In this document: positions 60,190 to 64,000 of the stretch, in pieces | Layout of the letters: each line of letters opens with the position of its first letter | Position numbering within the stretch: the first letter of the stretch is position 1 | Origin: the human T2T-CHM13v2.0 reference genome, Homo sapiens | Reading direction: 5' to 3' (one strand) | NCBI RefSeq assembly: GCF_009914755.1 | Contig: NC_060937.1 | DNA: 64,000 nt | Translations under genes and position numbers: made by a program | The notes under the pieces: model-generated | Database searches by the model: none | The model's input: the letters and a program-made list of their open reading frames with translations, nothing else | What the model was told of the DNA's origin: nothing

Positions 60190-63100
60190 ACCAAAAGTAT
60201 ATATTCTATACTGTACAAAAAATATCAAAGTACCCAAAGCATGTATTATATACTGTACATAAAATATGAAAGTACATCAAATATATATTTTATTCTGTAC
60301 ATAAAATATCAAAGTACACCAAATATATATTCTATAGTGTACATAAAATATCAAAGTACCCAAACTATACATTATATACTGTACATAAAATATGAAATTA
60401 CATCAAATATATATTATATTAGGTACATAAAATATGAAAGTACATCAAATATATATTATATACTCTACATAAAATACCAAAGTACCCCAAATACATATTA
60501 TATACTGTACATGCAATATCAAAGTTCACACACTATATATTATATACTGTACATAAAATATCAAAGTACCGAAGCTATATATTCTATACTGTACAAAAAA
60601 TATCAAAGTACCCAAAGCATGTATTATATACTGTACATAAAATATGAAAGTACATCAAATATATATTTAATTCTGTACATAAAATATCAAAGTACACCAA
60701 ATATATATTCTATAGTGTACATAAAATATCAAAGTACCCAAACTATACATTATATACTGTACATAAAATATGAAATTACATCAAATATATATTACATTAG
60801 GTACATAAAATATGAAAGTACATCAAATATAGATTATATACTGTACATAAAATACCAAAGTACCCCAAATACATATTATATACTGTACATGCAATATCAA
60901 AGTTCACAAACTATATATTATATACTGTATATAAAATATCAAAGCACCCAAGGTATATATTCTATACTGTACAAAAAATATAAAAGTACCCAAAACATGT
61001 ATTATATACTGTACATAAAATATGAAAGTACATCAAATATATATTTTATTCTGTACATAAAATATCAAAGTACACCAAATGTATATTCTATAGTGTACAT
61101 AAAATATCAAAGTACCCAAACTATACATTATATACTGTACATAAAATATGAAATTACATCAAATATATATTATAATAGGTACATAAAATATGAAAGTACA
61201 TCAAATATAAATTATGTACTGTACATAAAATACCAAAGAACCCCAAATATATATTATATACTGTACATGAAATATCAAAGTTCACAAACTATATATTATA
61301 TACTGTATATAAAATATCAAAGTACCCAAGGTATATATTCTATACTGTACAAAAAATATCAAAGTACCCAAAGCATGTATTATATACTGTTCATAAAATA
61401 TGAAAGTACATCAAATATATATTTTATTCTGTACATAAAATATCAAAGTACACCAAATATATATTCTATAGTGTACATTAAATATCAAAGTACCCAAACT
61501 ATACATTGTATACTGTACATAAAATATGAAATTACATCAAATATATATTATATTAGGTACATAAAGTATGAAAGTACATCAAATATAGATTATATACTGT
61601 ACATAAAATACCAAAGTACCCCAAATACATATTATCTACTGTACATGAAATATCAAAGTTCACAAACTATATATTATATACTGTACATAAAATATCAAAG
61701 TACCGAAGGTATATATTCTATACTGTACAAAAAATATCAAAGTACCCAAAGCATGTATTATATACTGTACATAAAATATGAAAGTACATCAAATATATAT
61801 TTTATTTTGTACATAAAATATCAGTATACCAAATATATATTCTATAGTGTACTTAAAATATCAAAGTACCCAAACTGTACACTACATACTGTACATAAAA
61901 TATGAAATTACATCAAATATATATTATATTAGGTACATAAAATATGAAAGTACATCAACTATAAATTATATACTGTACATAAAATACCAAAGTACCCCAA
62001 ATATATATTATATACTGTACATAAAATATCAAAGTACCGAAAGTATATATTCTATACTGTACAAAAAATATCAAAGTACCCAAAGCATGTATTATATACT
62101 GTACATAAATTATGAAAGTACATCAAATATATATTTTATTCTGTACATAAAATATCAAAGTACACCAAATATATATTCTATAGTGTACATTAAATATCAA
62201 AGTACCCAAACTATACATTATATACTGCACATAAAATATGAAATTACATCAAATATATATTATATTAGGTACATAAAATATGAAAGTACATCAAATATAT
62301 ATTATATACTCTACATAAAATACCAAAGTACCCCAAATACATATTATATACTGTACATGCAATATCAAAGTTCACACACTATATATTATATACTGTACAT
62401 AAAATATCAAAGTACCGAAGCTATATATTCTATACTGTACAAAAAATATCAAAGTACCCAAAGCATGTATTATATACTGTACATAAAATATGAAAGTACA
62501 TCAAATATATATTTAATTCTGTACATAAAATATCAAAGTACACCAAATATATATTCTATAGTGTACATAAAATAAGAAAGTACCCAAACTATACATTGTA
62601 TACTGTACATAAAATATGAAATTACATCAAATATATATTACATTAGGTACATAAAATATGAAAGTACATCAAATATAGATTATATACTGTACATAAAATA
62701 CCAAAGTACCCCAAATACATATTATATACTGTACATGCAATATCAAAGTTCACAAACTATATATTATATACTGTACATAAAATATCAAAGCACCCAAGGT
62801 ATATATTCTATACTGTACAAAAAATATAAAAGTACCCAAAACATGTATTATATACTGTACATAAAATATGAAAGTACATCAAATATATATTTTATTCTGT
62901 ACATAAAATATCAAAGTACACCAAATATATATTCTATAGAGTACATAAAATATCAAAGTACCCAAACTATACATTATATACTGTACATAAAATATGAAAT
63001 TACATCAAATATATATTATAATAGGTACATAAAATATGAAAGTACATCAAATATAAATTATGTACTGTACATAAAATACCAAAGAACCCCAAATATATAT

Positions 63101-64000
63101 TATATACTGTACATGAAATATCAAAGTTCACAAACTATATATTATATACTGTATATAAAATATCAAAGTACCCAAGGTATATATTCTATACTGTACAAAA
63201 AATATCAAAGTACCCAAAGCATGTATTATATACTGTTCATAAAATATGAAAGTACATCAAATATATATTTTATTCTGTACATAAAATATCAAAGTACACC
63301 AAATATATATTCTATAGTGTACATTAAATATCAAAGTACCCAAACTATACATTGTATACTGTACATAAAATATGAAATTACATCAAATATATATTATATT
63401 AGGTACATAAAGAATGAAAGTACATCAAATATAGATTATATACTGTACATAAAATACCAAAGTACCCCAAATACATATTATATACTGTACATGAAATATC
63501 AAAGTTCACAAACTATATATTATATACTGTACATAAAATATCAAAGTACCGAAGGTATATATTCTATACTGTACAAAAAATATCAAAGTACCCAAAGCAT
63601 GTATTATATACTGTACATAAAATATGAAAGTACATCAAATATATATTTTATTTTGTACATAAAATATCAGTATACCAAATATATATTCTATAGTGTACTT
63701 AAAATATCAAAGTACCCAAACTCTACACTACATACTGTACATAAAATATGAAATTACATCAAATATATATTATATTAGGTACATAAAATATGAAAGTACA
63801 TCAACTATAATTTATATACTGTACATAAAATACCAAAGTACCCCAAATATATATTATATACTGTACATAAAATATCAAAGTACCGAAAGTATATAGTCTA
63901 TACTGTACAAAAAATATCAAAGTACCCAAAGCATGTATTATATACTGTACATAAATTATGAAAGTACATCAAATATATATTTTATTCTGTACATAAAATA
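60190..64000 (+). repeat. 1846-bp tandem duplication (5 HORs minus one monomer minus 2 bp), running off the window end
   Basis: gaagctatat at 60571 and 62417; 2-bp deletion tcagtatacc at 61821 and 63667; ORF starts at 61847 and 63693. Confidence 0.87.

Larger units (their letters stand above)
1..64000 (+). repeat. HSat1A (human satellite I / SAR) tandem array: 42-bp monomer, 378-bp 9-mer higher-order repeat
   Basis: A 42-bp periodicity is continuous across the window. GTAC (RsaI) sites split monomers into 17-bp (ACATAAAATAT[C/G]AAAGT) and 25-bp parts, as in classical satellite I. Nine distinguishable monomers recur every 378 bp. I saw no unique sequence and no inversion. Family assignment is from recall of the HSat1A consensus, not a database search. 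Confidence 0.96.
32101..64000 (+). repeat. Sub-domain C: near indel-free canonical 378-bp HOR with 1134- and 1890-bp super-periods
   Basis: The 5-bp deletion is absent. Markers are catgcaatatc, agtaccgaagg, caaagaacccc and aaatacatatt. The 42-bp register holds from ~33560 to ~59600 (35222 to 55802 = 490 x 42). Confidence 0.8.

Noticed and set aside
107-63896. Dozens of + strand ORFs with YIKYQST repeats as protein-coding genes
   Set aside because: They are translations of the 42-bp monomer. Their starts and ends are set by random SNVs and indels, there are no non-repetitive domains or gene context, and stop and frameshift alleles are duplicated freely.
1-64000. CRISPR-like array (conserved TACATAAAATAT.AAAGT plus a variable part)
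   Set aside because: The variable parts are homologous to one another and cycle every nine units rather than being unique spacers. There is no leader and no cas gene.
1-64000. Alpha satellite, HSat1B or HSat2/3
   Set aside because: There is no 171-bp period or CENP-B box, no Alu-containing ~2.4-kb unit, and no CATTC/GGAAT pentamers.
1-64000. TATA boxes and AATAAA polyadenylation signals (e.g. ~2755, ~13803, ~33170)
   Set aside because: Such motifs are expected by chance in ~77% AT repeat DNA, and there is no gene context to support function.
1-64000. Inversion or mobile-element insertion within the array
   Set aside because: I saw no reverse-complement monomers (ACTTTGATATTTTATGTA) on the + strand and no foreign sequence on read-through. 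A very short insertion could have been missed by eye.
1-64000. A previously undescribed biological system
   Set aside because: Everything is explained by a known satellite family plus duplication, deletion and conversion events. Only the local architecture may be undescribed, and that cannot be established without a database comparison.

Overview
The whole 64 kb window is one uninterrupted, single-orientation, very AT-rich tandem satellite array; one monomer counted by hand is 32/42 A+T. It is built from a 42-bp monomer (TACATAAAATAT[C/G]AAAGTAC..CAAA.TATA.ATT.TATACTG) organised as a 9-monomer, 378-bp higher-order repeat (HOR). This matches human classical satellite I / HSat1A (RepeatMasker 'SAR'), a pericentromeric and acrocentric-arm satellite. 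The chromosome, and human versus another ape, cannot be determined from the sequence alone. I see no genes, RNA genes, transposons or CRISPR arrays. All listed ORFs are artefacts of a 42-bp (14-codon) monomer that is stop-free in one frame. I found no evidence of a novel gene system. The informative signal is the internal architecture: three variant domains, 751/377/1134/1890/1846-bp super-periods, a ~10.4-kb tandem duplication with two HOR-sized internal indels, an out-of-register 46-bp duplication, whole-monomer skips, and a monomer-scale conversion event. Boundaries were read by eye and are approximate.
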